Of a stretch of 48,064 bases of DNA, positions 18,340 through 28,352 are shown piece after piece. Numbering within the stretch: the stretch's first letter is position 1; each line of letters opens with the position of its first letter. Source of the DNA: a bacterium (GTDB lineage: Bacteria; Patescibacteriota; Microgenomatia; Curtissbacterales; GWA2-41-24); NCBI GenBank assembly GCA_021813125.1, contig JAKALT010000007.1:1-48064 (forward strand). The letters run 5' to 3'. Both the position numbers and the translations under genes were made by a program. The notes under the pieces are model-generated. The model saw only the letters and a list, made by a program, of their open reading frames with translations. It ran no database searches and had not been told where the DNA came from.

Positions 18340-19830
18340 CTAATTTCCACTTGTCTTAATAAACACTTCAGCCCCGTTTATTTTCGCAACCGAAGTATAC
18401 CTATTTAAAAGAAGCTTCTCAAGGCCTTCAAAGTAGCCAATTGAGCTTTGAGGTTTTATTATGTACAAAGGTGTGGCACTCTCAATTGCTTTTTCTACCT
18501 CTTCTTTTCCGTTTGGAACTCCAAATACATGAAATGATGTAACGTATCTTGTGGGGTTATGCAAATTGGAAATAGCATAAAGCCAAGGGATGTCGCCCCA
18601 TATATAAACAGGCTTATCATAAGCTTTATTAAAATATAAAAAGTCAGAAAGAGCCATAATTGTATTAACATTTTTATCAAAAAAATCGTTATAACTTCCG
18701 GCACTTTTATTACCCATAGAGTAATCCGCAAAATTGCGCCAATATCTAACTTGATTTATAGGTCCGCCGGTCAAAAAATCAGAAAATATTAATCGTGTTA
18801 AGAAAAATAAAGGCAGAAAGAAGAAAATTGCAAAGATTATTTTTGCCCTGTCAAATTTAATTTTGGGTAATGAAATAGATGCAATAAGAAGAGCGGTAGC
18901 CGGGGTAGCCTGGACTAAATAATGTCCATAAGTTCTTCCCGAAAAGTAGCTGCCTAAAAATGAAAATGCCATCCAAAGCAGAAGCAAATGCCACACCTCA
19001 ACCTTTTTATATTTGACCTTTTTGTAAAAACCATACGCAAAGGCAGCCAAAACCGGTAAATATTTCGCAATATTTATAAGTTGAGCGTATTTTGGGCTTT
19101 CATTCAAATAGATACGATAGTAGGTGTAGGCAGCAAATATAAAATCTCCAACCAGGTGTTTCGGCGCAAAGTAGGCAAGTGTGGCTATATATGGGAGCAA
19201 AAATCCCAGCGTTAGCACAAACCCTTTTTTCACAAAGTCTACAAAATTCCTGCTTGAAAGAAACAAAAATAACCCAAGTGCTCCAGCTTCTAAGGCACCG
19301 ACCTGTTTATATAATGATGCGACGGCAAACAATATACCGGCCAGGACAAGAGAAAAATAATCGAATTTCCGCTTGACAATTATCATCATAGCAACAGAAA
19401 TCGGCAGGATCATAAATACCTCTGTTAGTGCCAAATCTCCCTCGATTAACCTCAGTGACGTCAAAAACCCAAAAACCCCAGCTGCCGCAAGTGCTCTTTT
19501 TTCGCCAAGTATCTCCTGGGCAATCTCATATATTGCTGTTGCTGTCGCAACCACAAAAATTGCCGCGACCAAATGAAGCCAAAACATCGAAACACCAAAA
19601 ATTTTAAAAATTGCCTGGTATGTAAGGTAAATCATTGGTGGCTTGTTGTCCCAGGCAGTCTGGTATAAAACTCCACCCTGGTTCAAATTCCTGGCAACGG
19701 CTGCAAAAATTCCCTCATCGCCGTACCAAAATGGCTCAAAAATTGAAGGGAGTCTTAAAATAAATGTAAAAAGCAATATTATAACCAGAAAAAAATGGTG
19801 AGGCCTAAAATCGCGAATTATTTTCTTCAT
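18340..19830 (-). CDS. GT-C (GT39/PMT_2-like) glycosyltransferase
   Basis: FWYGDEG, WDNKPP motifs and multiple TM helices. Confidence 0.85.
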   Translation of the reverse strand: MKKIIRDFRPHHFFLVIILLFTFILRLPSIFEPFWYGDEGIFAAVARNLNQGGVLYQTAWDNKPPMIYLTYQAIFKIFGVSMFWLHLVAAIFVVATATAIYEIAQEILGEKRALAAAGVFGFLTSLRLIEGDLALTEVFMILPISVAMMIIVKRKFDYFSLVLAGILFAVASLYKQVGALEAGALGLFLFLSSRNFVDFVKKGFVLTLGFLLPYIATLAYFAPKHLVGDFIFAAYTYYRIYLNESPKYAQLINIAKYLPVLAAFAYGFYKKVKYKKVEVWHLLLLWMAFSFLGSYFSGRTYGHYLVQATPATALLIASISLPKIKFDRAKIIFAIFFFLPLFFLTRLIFSDFLTGGPINQVRYWRNFADYSMGNKSAGSYNDFFDKNVNTIMALSDFLYFNKAYDKPVYIWGDIPWLYAISNLHNPTRYVTSFHVFGVPNGKEEVEKAIESATPLYIIKPQSSIGYFEGLEKLLLNRYTSVAKINGAEVFIKTSGN

Positions 19831-21170
19831 TTGCTTTCAAGTTTAAACCCATGATCCCAAATCTCCGTTGTTGGTCCTGGGCTCATCAGAAATACTTTGC
19901 CACCAATATTATCACTCAAACTCACCTTGCTGTCTAAAACGTATGTATCAAGAAGACTTTTTCCCGAAAACTGTACGAGACCTTCCGGTAAAACAACGAG
20001 CCTATTGGATAAGTTGTTTCTTTCTTTATAATAAATAACTTCCGCAAAAGAAGGTAGTACAGTCACGATAGTATCATTGTTGCTTATTTTCCTAACTATC
20101 TTTTCATTAAATTCATCCCTAAAGTCCCTTGGCTGGCTTGCAAAAGTAAAACTGTCAATAACTACGCTCAAAACAACAATTATGCCGATACAAATCTTAA
20201 AAAGTTGTCTTGACAAACTTTGGGAAGCTTGCACCATAACCATCGAAAGTGGAATTGATGCGCCGATTAAATATCTCCAGAAAAATATTGGCCTGAAAGG
20301 CAACTTGACTCCATCAAACGCAAGTCCTGGAAGAGATGCTAAGAAAAAAGGGACAACTGCCCAAAGCCAAACCATAAGATATGGCTTTTCAAACTTTCTT
20401 TTGATCAAATGTTGGAATACCCCAGCAGTGAGCAAAATCAGCGAGATGGAAAATAATACTGTCCGCCAAATAGATTGGCTTTCTCCGCCTAAAATCCGCT
20501 CAAATGCATCAAAATATGTTTGCTTAAAATTAATTGGGGGAATCCAGTAGCTTGAACCCACAGACGCAATTTGTCCCAAGAGCACTTTCAGCCACGGTAA
20601 AAACAATAATCCGACTATCGTATAAAGGCCAATCATCCGCCAGAAAATTTTGCGGTCAAAAAGCAGTAAATATAGCCCTTCGGCCCCTAAAATAAATAGC
20701 ATGTAGTAATGTGTATATACCCCCAAAGCAGTAAATAAAACGAAAGAAACTGCCCGAAATCTATTAAATTTTTTGGAAAGCTCCAAAAGGAAGAAGACAG
20801 AACCGGTAGCCGCAAAAGCAAACATTGTGTAATTTCTAGCCTCGAACGCATATTTGAAAAAAATTGGATTTACGGCAACGACTATTGAAGATAAGACACC
20901 AAATTGCTTACCTTTCACATATGAAGACAGCTTGTAGACCATAAAAATCGTCAACAAAAAGAAAACGATGGAGGGAATTCTTGTTATTACCTCTGTGGGG
21001 GGGAAGAGTTTGTATAAAAATTCTATCACCGTGTAATATCCGGGAGGGTGAAAATCGCCCGCAGTGGTTTTGAGCATCTGCTCGTAAGGAAGTCTGGAAA
21101 TCATCGAAGTCCAAGCTTCATCACCCCAAAATCCACGGGTCAAATAGTTGTGGGCAAGAATAGCAAACAT
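19827..21170 (-). CDS. GT-C (GT39/PMT_2-like) glycosyltransferase
   Basis: FWGDEA, DFHPPGYY, EARNY, YTHYY motifs. Confidence 0.87.
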   Translation of the reverse strand: MFAILAHNYLTRGFWGDEAWTSMISRLPYEQMLKTTAGDFHPPGYYTVIEFLYKLFPPTEVITRIPSIVFFLLTIFMVYKLSSYVKGKQFGVLSSIVVAVNPIFFKYAFEARNYTMFAFAATGSVFFLLELSKKFNRFRAVSFVLFTALGVYTHYYMLFILGAEGLYLLLFDRKIFWRMIGLYTIVGLLFLPWLKVLLGQIASVGSSYWIPPINFKQTYFDAFERILGGESQSIWRTVLFSISLILLTAGVFQHLIKRKFEKPYLMVWLWAVVPFFLASLPGLAFDGVKLPFRPIFFWRYLIGASIPLSMVMVQASQSLSRQLFKICIGIIVVLSVVIDSFTFASQPRDFRDEFNEKIVRKISNNDTIVTVLPSFAEVIYYKERNNLSNRLVVLPEGLVQFSGKSLLDTYVLDSKVSLSDNIGGKVFLMSPGPTTEIWDHGFKLESK

Positions 21171-21244
21171 CGCCTAGTCTTAAGTATATGCTCAAAAATT
21201 AACGCTGACAATTGAGGATAAGAAAAATATGTATAATAAAATTA

Positions 21245-21946
21245 ATGCCCGTAAAAAAAAGCCACATTAAAGAAAAAGTTGGTAATTTATCTTCTGATTG
21301 GTTAACAAAAAGCACACTAGGCTTATTTTTTGGGTTTATAGAAATATCCATTGTTGGGTTGATATACAGCTTAATTCTCTCATCAAATCCTTCGCTTAAA
21401 ATTTCCGGCTATGCGGTGATTTTTGCAGGAATTCTTCAGGGTACAATTCTTGGGGAATGGCAGGTCAAGGCACTCAAACCGTCATTCCCGAAATTAAATT
21501 CTATAAACTGGATTGTTCTTACCGCTTGTGCTTCAGGGCTTATTTGGTTTTCCGTGATTGCTCTGCCTTTTTCCAGGATATTTCCAGCTGTGTCGCAGGA
21601 AGTAACAAAACAAAGTGTAGTTTACTCCCAGGCGGCCAAATCCCTTAACACAAGCCTGATTTTTACGTCGACGATAAGCTTTTTGGCAGGCCTCTTTTTA
21701 GGTTATATTGTCAGTTTTCTCCAGTGGATAGAGCTTGGAAGGCATGTCAAAACCTCATTCGGCTGGATTTTCTATAGTTCACTCGGCTGGGCATTAGGCT
21801 TTAGCTCAATCATTATTTTATTGACAAAGTTGCCTTATACAAATTTGTTTAGTCTCATTATCTCAGCACTCCTAACTTTTCTAATTAGCTCCTTTGTAAT
21901 TTCCGCAATTTCGCTTTTGGGAGTGGTATCCCTTAAAAAGAAATAA
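21245..21946 (+). CDS. Hypothetical integral membrane protein
   Basis: About 6 TM segments with a repeated G...QW..L...W pattern; ATG at 21245 lies 7 nt after TATAAT (21232-21237). Confidence 0.7.
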   Translation: MPVKKSHIKEKVGNLSSDWLTKSTLGLFFGFIEISIVGLIYSLILSSNPSLKISGYAVIFAGILQGTILGEWQVKALKPSFPKLNSINWIVLTACASGLIWFSVIALPFSRIFPAVSQEVTKQSVVYSQAAKSLNTSLIFTSTISFLAGLFLGYIVSFLQWIELGRHVKTSFGWIFYSSLGWALGFSSIIILLTKLPYTNLFSLIISALLTFLISSFVISAISLLGVVSLKKK

Positions 21947-21950
21947 GGTT

Positions 21951-23039
21951 TTAGTTTGTCTGGGAAAGCTCAGCTTTCCAGTCGTTAAACCGCTTTGCCA
22001 GATCAAGATTATTAATGGGAAAAGCACCAATATTGTATTTTTCAAAACCGTAATTTAAAAGAGTAGCAGCTGCCACGTCCCTATCCTCAATAGAACCTGC
22101 TCCCGAGACTATAGCCATAAACCTGTGCCCATCACGCTCGGCTGTCACAATAGTCGAGTACCCGGCATTTTCCGTATAGCCGATTTTCAGTCCATCCACA
22201 CCAGGGTAAGTCCCCAAAAGAGCGTTCCAATTTGGCAAATCATAAAGTTTATGGTTTTGGTTAGCATCAAGGCGCCTGTAAATCGTGGCCGCATAACCTG
22301 CAATATCTGGATAATTTACTTTGGCATCATGGGCAATTATTGCCAGATCGTAAACTGTTGAAAAATGATTTGGGTCGTCAAGCCCTGTTGCGGTTGCAAA
22401 ATGCGAGTCGCTGGCGCCTATTTTTGAAAGCTTAAAATTGACAAGATCCATAAAACCAGATAACCCAAGGCTGTACTCAGCTCCAATCGAGTCTGCTATT
22501 GCTTGGGCTGCATCATTGGCGCTTGTCATAATCGCCCCGCTAGCTGCATCATCCAATGTTAACCTCTCTCCGCTTTTCAAACCTAAAATTGTCGGAATTT
22601 GGTTGCTTGCATCATCTGATATTGAGATTAAATGGTCTCCTCTTGCCAAATCCATCGCCGCCGCAACCGTTGCAAGTTTAGAAAGGGAGGCGGGGGCAAT
22701 TTTTTGCTTTAAATTCAAAGACCAAATTACATTGCCAGAATCAAAATCTAATACCGCACCCGCTTTTATGATAGGTAACATGTTTAGGTATTCTCCCGAG
22801 CCCCAACCTATTGGATGCCAGTTAGAATTACCTTTAATATTTCCTTCTGCTGTAGTTAACGCGGATTTACTATCCAAAACAGTAGCGGAAGTGCCCTTTT
22901 GTACACTTGGACTTACCTCAAGCATCAAAGCGATAATAAATGACATAACAGCCAGAATAAAAACTCTTTTGTTAAATATCACAGCTCTTTTTAAAATACC
23001 ATTGAGTATATTTTTTACAATCGAAACGGAGGTTATCAT
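21951..23039 (-). CDS. D-alanyl-D-alanine carboxypeptidase (peptidase S11)
   Basis: PASLSK (SxxK), SANDAA (SxN), F.TATGLD, GLKIGYT (KTG position reads KIG). Confidence 0.9.
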   Translation of the reverse strand: MITSVSIVKNILNGILKRAVIFNKRVFILAVMSFIIALMLEVSPSVQKGTSATVLDSKSALTTAEGNIKGNSNWHPIGWGSGEYLNMLPIIKAGAVLDFDSGNVIWSLNLKQKIAPASLSKLATVAAAMDLARGDHLISISDDASNQIPTILGLKSGERLTLDDAASGAIMTSANDAAQAIADSIGAEYSLGLSGFMDLVNFKLSKIGASDSHFATATGLDDPNHFSTVYDLAIIAHDAKVNYPDIAGYAATIYRRLDANQNHKLYDLPNWNALLGTYPGVDGLKIGYTENAGYSTIVTAERDGHRFMAIVSGAGSIEDRDVAAATLLNYGFEKYNIGAFPINNLDLAKRFNDWKAELSQTN

Positions 23040-24265
23040 AGCTTATATGCCAGGTCATTTGGAGCAAATTTTTCCTTAAGAAGGGCCCAGAAGTTACCGT
23101 TATTTGCATCGTACCCTAAAGCCCAAATACCTACACCCGCCAATTTTTTTTCTTTGGCAAAATCATATTTAAGAGTTAGGGAATTTTTATCTTCCATATA
23201 AACAACATGCCAACCGGTATTATCCCAATAGCCTCGCCATGAAACTTTAGCATTGTTATCCCATCCTCCAACCGGAGTTATAGATAGAAGTTTATCTGAA
23301 TCAACCTTATCCGCAGTCGTTGGTGTTGCCCTCGTCCATCTCACACTATCCGACAGTGGCGAAGGACTATAAGCGTAATAATTCCAACCGTAGTAAGGAA
23401 CCCCTAAGATAATTTTTTTGGAATCTGCGACTTTGATAAAATCCTCAACAGCCGTCGAAACGTCATACCAAAAAGGACCTTGGCCGTTATTGTAACCATA
23501 AAGAGGCGCCGAAGGGCCGATAGAACCGGATGACGGAGTATAGAAGTCATAAGCCATCATAAAGATTCCGTCAGTCGATTTTGCCAGGGCAGCAATGTCG
23601 TATATTTTGTCAAAACGAACCGAAGAAGCCAGAACAGAAACTGTCACATAAGGATTATTAAGCCGCCTATGAAGCGTACTGCTGTAAAAATCTACAAAAC
23701 GACTGAACTTCTCCTTAAGTAAGTCATTGGAGGGGATATATTCAAAGTCTATGTTGACCCCGTCTAGATTGCGGCTTGCCAAAATTTCAACAGAATCATC
23801 AGCAAGCCGGCTCCAATAACTTTCATCAGATAGAAAAGATTCTATAGCTCCTGCATTCATTTGTGTTAACGTTACAACCTTTCGAACTTTGTGCTCGCCA
23901 GCTTTTTTAAAAAGCGATGCCAGTTTAGGGCCATTAAAGGCTTCCCACTCAAAAGATGTCTTGTCTATTGTGCCATCTGAATTAACAGGAAGAGAAAAAT
24001 ATGCAAAAGTTGTTAGTGCGCTCCAATCAATGCCATTCATTTTTGTTAGGGACCAAAAAGGAGCAAAACCAAAAACTTCACCTTTTATATGGACTACAGG
24101 TTGCAAATGAAGCAAACCTTGAATTTTACTGTTGTTTTTTACCAAAAAAAAACCTAAAAAAAATGATCCAGAAACAAAAATCGCGAAAATGGCAAAAACC
24201 CCAACTATAAAGATTCTCCGGAGAGGGTCTGGCAGATTTGAATCCATGAGTTGCGACTTTACCAA
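23036..24265 (-). CDS. Glycoside hydrolase family 18 protein, membrane-anchored
   Basis: LDGVNIDFE catalytic motif, MAYDF, LGVPYYG, GVGIWALG; true start may be ATG 24247. Confidence 0.92.
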   Translation of the reverse strand: MVKSQLMDSNLPDPLRRIFIVGVFAIFAIFVSGSFFLGFFLVKNNSKIQGLLHLQPVVHIKGEVFGFAPFWSLTKMNGIDWSALTTFAYFSLPVNSDGTIDKTSFEWEAFNGPKLASLFKKAGEHKVRKVVTLTQMNAGAIESFLSDESYWSRLADDSVEILASRNLDGVNIDFEYIPSNDLLKEKFSRFVDFYSSTLHRRLNNPYVTVSVLASSVRFDKIYDIAALAKSTDGIFMMAYDFYTPSSGSIGPSAPLYGYNNGQGPFWYDVSTAVEDFIKVADSKKIILGVPYYGWNYYAYSPSPLSDSVRWTRATPTTADKVDSDKLLSITPVGGWDNNAKVSWRGYWDNTGWHVVYMEDKNSLTLKYDFAKEKKLAGVGIWALGYDANNGNFWALLKEKFAPNDLAYKL

Positions 24266-24320
24266 GTGAAAACTGGCTTGTCAAATTTTAGCTATAATAA
24301 GAAATGGATATAATTATTTC

Positions 24321-24584
24321 ATGGATATCCCAAAGGACGAACCAGAAAAAATTGCCGATATTACTGCGCAAAAAGTAATTGACATCATAGGCCGTCCTGC
24401 GCCCGTGAAACGAATTCGCAACAGCCAACTCGCATCTGCGATCTTAGGCACTGTCGGATTTACTCTTTTTACAAACGGAGCTGCGAAAATTCTTGGAGAT
24501 ATATCGCCTCTTTTGTCAGCCACTTTAGGCCTGTCTGTTATGGTAATTGCAGGTGTCTTGTTTCAAAAACTTTCAAAAAATTAA
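24321..24584 (+). CDS. Small two-TM hypothetical protein
   Basis: 87 aa, two hydrophobic helices, TATAAT 6 nt upstream of ATG. Confidence 0.65.
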   Translation: MDIPKDEPEKIADITAQKVIDIIGRPAPVKRIRNSQLASAILGTVGFTLFTNGAAKILGDISPLLSATLGLSVMVIAGVLFQKLSKN

Positions 24585-26029
24585 ATTTTATCCCGGCGCT
24601 CCAATAAATAAGTGTCACCAGCAGAAAATGTAACTTCATACTGGCCACTAATTACCAAGTGAACCATTTGTATCTTAGCGCCCTCTAAATTTTTGGTATA
24701 AAAATTCCAAGCATTTTGTCCGGGATGCAAATCCAACATCACATAATCAGCTTCAGATACATTTGGTAAAAGATAAACATTTCTCCTATGCGACATGTGG
24801 GGTAACAAATTATTTTGAGAGGCAACAGATACTTTGCTAGGAATCAGAGAAAGAATCATTTCGTTGTCACTTATCGATAGCTGGCTCCGCCAAAATTGTC
24901 CTTTTAGTAAATTTTTCAAGGGTGCGTGCAGAAGGACATTGGTCACAAGATGTGGTACTAAAATAAGAATCATTAATACTATTATTGTCTTTGTTGATTT
25001 CCCATATCTCTTTAAAATTTTGCCTAGCGCAAGTATTGTTGCAATCGACATTAAAACACCCATCTCTGCACTATAGTGATAGTAAATAGTCCAGCGGATT
25101 GGGTGCATTAAATCTAAAAATCTTGAAGCAAACTGAAATCCAATTATTGGCAACAGGCTGAGAGCAATGAGTGGCGTAAAGCCAAACGAAAAAAACGTCC
25201 AGAATAAAGTCTCAGTTTTCCCAAGCGGAAGAAAGAAAGATTTTACCGCAAACACCGGACTAAAAATGTATGCGGTAATTGCGCTACCCAAAGTGTCACC
25301 CGGTTGGACAAAAGAGTCATAGCTATGTTGCCCAAAAAGCGGCATTATTAACTTTATGGCTACCACCGACCAAGTAATGGAGATTGCAGATGTAATTACC
25401 CCGATTTTGAAGTTTTTCTTAGCAGCCCAAATATAAATTCCCAAAAAAGAAAGCAATAACCCGACATGTTCTCTTACAGAAAGGCAAAGTATTAAGGTCA
25501 AAAAGAAACTTTTCCAATAACCGTTATCCAAAAAATAAAAAAGCCAGGCTAGAAAAAAAGGCAAAAGAGACATTTCATGGAAGTCATATACATTGACAGC
25601 TTGAATCCCGATGAAATCTACATAAATAAACGCAGTGGTGATAGCTAGTAATCGGGGCAAGCGTTTTCTGCTAACCAGCCAAATGGGAAAAACTGCTGCC
25701 GAAAGTATTATTGCTTGAAAAATTAGAAGTACGCGTTCATTTTGTGTAAACCAGTACAGTGGAGAAATAAAAAGCATTATCGGCCTAAATCGATCCGCAA
25801 GGTCTAAATTTCCACCAACGGTTGAAAATGGCCTTTCAAACTTACTATAAAGCCACAAAGCCTGGTCATAAGTACTAAAGTCTACTCCTTGCGACTGGAA
25901 ATGGTTGTGCCGGACTACAGAGAGAAGGCTGTAAAGTATGGAAAAAATGAGAAATATTGCGACAATTATCCAAAAGTCTACGGAGACTCCTAAAAAATGA
26001 CGGGGTAATTTAAACCTTTTCGGTAACAC
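24581..26029 (-). CDS. DUF2079 family membrane protein (GT-C-like)
   Basis: D..TYDQ.LW, LADRFRP, YDFHE, VRE, YHYSA, SQNNLLPH.SHR motifs. Confidence 0.85.
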   Translation of the reverse strand: MLPKRFKLPRHFLGVSVDFWIIVAIFLIFSILYSLLSVVRHNHFQSQGVDFSTYDQALWLYSKFERPFSTVGGNLDLADRFRPIMLFISPLYWFTQNERVLLIFQAIILSAAVFPIWLVSRKRLPRLLAITTAFIYVDFIGIQAVNVYDFHEMSLLPFFLAWLFYFLDNGYWKSFFLTLILCLSVREHVGLLLSFLGIYIWAAKKNFKIGVITSAISITWSVVAIKLIMPLFGQHSYDSFVQPGDTLGSAITAYIFSPVFAVKSFFLPLGKTETLFWTFFSFGFTPLIALSLLPIIGFQFASRFLDLMHPIRWTIYYHYSAEMGVLMSIATILALGKILKRYGKSTKTIIVLMILILVPHLVTNVLLHAPLKNLLKGQFWRSQLSISDNEMILSLIPSKVSVASQNNLLPHMSHRRNVYLLPNVSEADYVMLDLHPGQNAWNFYTKNLEGAKIQMVHLVISGQYEVTFSAGDTYLLERRDKI

Positions 26030-27500
26030 GATACTCTAGGTATTTACCAAGCATCAATCGAGTGTGCGCATCTATACCCGGTAGTGCTGTAAAAATCAAA
26101 GTCACAACTGGCATCAGTATAAACTCAAGTGGCATTGTCAGTTTTTTAAATAAAGTTGCATGCTCAGACCGTTTTGGCCTTTGTCTCAGATCGACAATTA
26201 AAATAACAGCTAAAAAGAGCCAACACGTTGTTAGGATCCCAAAAGAAATCCTGGGCAAGTTTTGTCCCATTACAGTTTGTGCAAACACTGGATTTAAAAG
26301 CACCGGAATTGTAGCACCAAGTGTGACAGCAAACCAATTTACAGGCCACAGAAAATGGTCTTCCAATACAATAAAAACCCGAACTGTCTTTTTCCAAAAA
26401 GGCACATTTGTTGAGGTTAACCATTTTTTTATAAAATATGCATCATCAGAAACGCCCCATGCCCAGCGTTTTTCCTGCTCGTATAAATTAACCAAAGACT
26501 TAAGATAGCTTGTTGATTCGGCAGCGTCTGTAATTGCCGAAAGGAATATCGGTTCTACGTCAACGTTTCCTTCTTTAGCAAAAAAAGTCTTAAAAAATAT
26601 CCTGAAGTCTTCAGGAATGACATCCACATCCCAATAACCTACATCGTCCAAAAGCTTCATAGATGTTGAATAAATTGAGCAATTAACCAACCTGTCCGTT
26701 CTGGAATTTACAGCGGTTTGCCAAACTGAAGAAAGTGAGCTAATAACCCTAATTGGTGCTGGCACTCTCCATATATTTGCGTAAAATAAAACAACCGGTT
26801 GCCAAAACCTTAAGTACCTATGTCTACTGGTAAGAAAGTTATAAGTTAAGCATGAGAAATATTTGGGTGAAAGCTCGCCATCTGCATCTTTAGAGGTAAC
26901 AGTCATCATTCTTATATCCATCTTTCTTCGAATAATAAGCTGCTGTTTTGCTACTTTTACTGCATAAGCTTGGTTCGAAGATTTACCTTTGACTTCTCTG
27001 GCTATATCTGGATGAAAAGTCGTTATCATGTTTGCAAACGAATTCTTATATTTATTACTTAAAATCTTTGCTTTCTCATAGGCATCACTGCCCTCTCTTT
27101 CCTCAAACGCTAAAACCACCGAAATTTGCTTTTTGTCAAAATCTTGTTTTAATAACGATTCAATTCCACGAGTAATAGTTGAAAGAGGTTCTTTGTAAGT
27201 CGGGACAATTACCAAATGGTGAACTTTATTGTAGCCTTTAACTTTTTTGGCATCCGTTAGCCAGTCGTATTTTTCGCTTGCTCTCAGTTTCAAATGCGAA
27301 ACGACAGCACTTATCGCCATAGCAGCCGATTTATAGAACCAAAAAATATCAAATAAAATAATGTAATAGGCAACATAATGGGGAATCCAAAAAGAACCCC
27401 ATACCGGAAACAAAATTAAAGTCCACGAAAATGTCCCCGGTAAGATTTCCAGGAACCTGTGAATAGGTCGATCGTGTTTTTCAACAAAACTGCTAACCAT
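26010..27500 (-). CDS. Glycosyltransferase family 2, membrane-integrated
   Basis: VPTYKEP, KGKSSN, DAD, PED, QEKRW (QxxRW) motifs with TM helices. Confidence 0.9.
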   Translation of the reverse strand: MVSSFVEKHDRPIHRFLEILPGTFSWTLILFPVWGSFWIPHYVAYYIILFDIFWFYKSAAMAISAVVSHLKLRASEKYDWLTDAKKVKGYNKVHHLVIVPTYKEPLSTITRGIESLLKQDFDKKQISVVLAFEEREGSDAYEKAKILSNKYKNSFANMITTFHPDIAREVKGKSSNQAYAVKVAKQQLIIRRKMDIRMMTVTSKDADGELSPKYFSCLTYNFLTSRHRYLRFWQPVVLFYANIWRVPAPIRVISSLSSVWQTAVNSRTDRLVNCSIYSTSMKLLDDVGYWDVDVIPEDFRIFFKTFFAKEGNVDVEPIFLSAITDAAESTSYLKSLVNLYEQEKRWAWGVSDDAYFIKKWLTSTNVPFWKKTVRVFIVLEDHFLWPVNWFAVTLGATIPVLLNPVFAQTVMGQNLPRISFGILTTCWLFLAVILIVDLRQRPKRSEHATLFKKLTMPLEFILMPVVTLIFTALPGIDAHTRLMLGKYLEYRVTEKV

Positions 27501-27532
27501 AATATCCTCTAGTAATTAACGGAAGCCAAATT

Positions 27533-28351
27533 TTACCATAAATTAAACAATTTTTGCGCGCAAGAAGATGTAGCAGTGACAATATCATCAAAAGACTGGT
27601 TTCTGATTTTACTTAGGAAGCTAGCAATTATTCTAACATTCTCCGGCGCATTTTTCTTGCCCCTCAAAGATTCCGGCGAAAGAAAAGGGGAGTCTGTTTC
27701 AACCAAAACCTGTCCATTAGGAGCCTTTCGGGCAACTTCCTGTATGTCTTTGGCATTTTTAAATGTCACAATTCCCGAAAAAGAAATATAAAATCCTAAA
27801 TTCAACGCTTTATCCATTGCCTCCACATTACCGGTCCATGAATGAAATACTCCACATAATTTGGAATTTGAAGCTTGGGATTTGGAAATTAAATCAAAAA
27901 TTTCGCCCCACCCGTTCCTGCAATGGACAACTAATGGCAGATCTAAATCGGCGGCCAACCTTATTTGTTCACCAAACAACTTTCTCTGAAATTGCTTTTC
28001 TTGCTCACTGGTATCTGGTCTCTGGCCACTGGAGTCTAAAAAATAATCCAGCCCGCATTCCCCAATTCCCACAACCTTTTTGGAGGATTTTGCGACTTTT
28101 CCAAGCTCACTCATCAACTGATCACCATATTTCCCAACATCAGCCTTTCCGTCTTCCGGATGAATTCCGCATGTTGCGTAAATTTGCAAATCATCACTGG
28201 AATATTTTTCAGCAATCTCGATACATTTTTTCGAACACTCAATCGATGTTCCAATAGTCACAATTTTTGAAACGCCCGCGCCATTTGCTCGATCCAATAA
28301 TTCTTTCAAATCATCAACAAAATCCAAATGAGCATGCGAATCAACAAGCAT
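27533..28351 (-). CDS. tatD: TatD family deoxyribonuclease
   Basis: DSHAH, GIHP, GECGLDY, VHCR, GVFHS, ETDSPFL; adjacent to metG as is common. Confidence 0.95.
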   Translation of the reverse strand: MLVDSHAHLDFVDDLKELLDRANGAGVSKIVTIGTSIECSKKCIEIAEKYSSDDLQIYATCGIHPEDGKADVGKYGDQLMSELGKVAKSSKKVVGIGECGLDYFLDSSGQRPDTSEQEKQFQRKLFGEQIRLAADLDLPLVVHCRNGWGEIFDLISKSQASNSKLCGVFHSWTGNVEAMDKALNLGFYISFSGIVTFKNAKDIQEVARKAPNGQVLVETDSPFLSPESLRGKKNAPENVRIIASFLSKIRNQSFDDIVTATSSCAQKLFNLW

Positions 28352-28352
28352 T

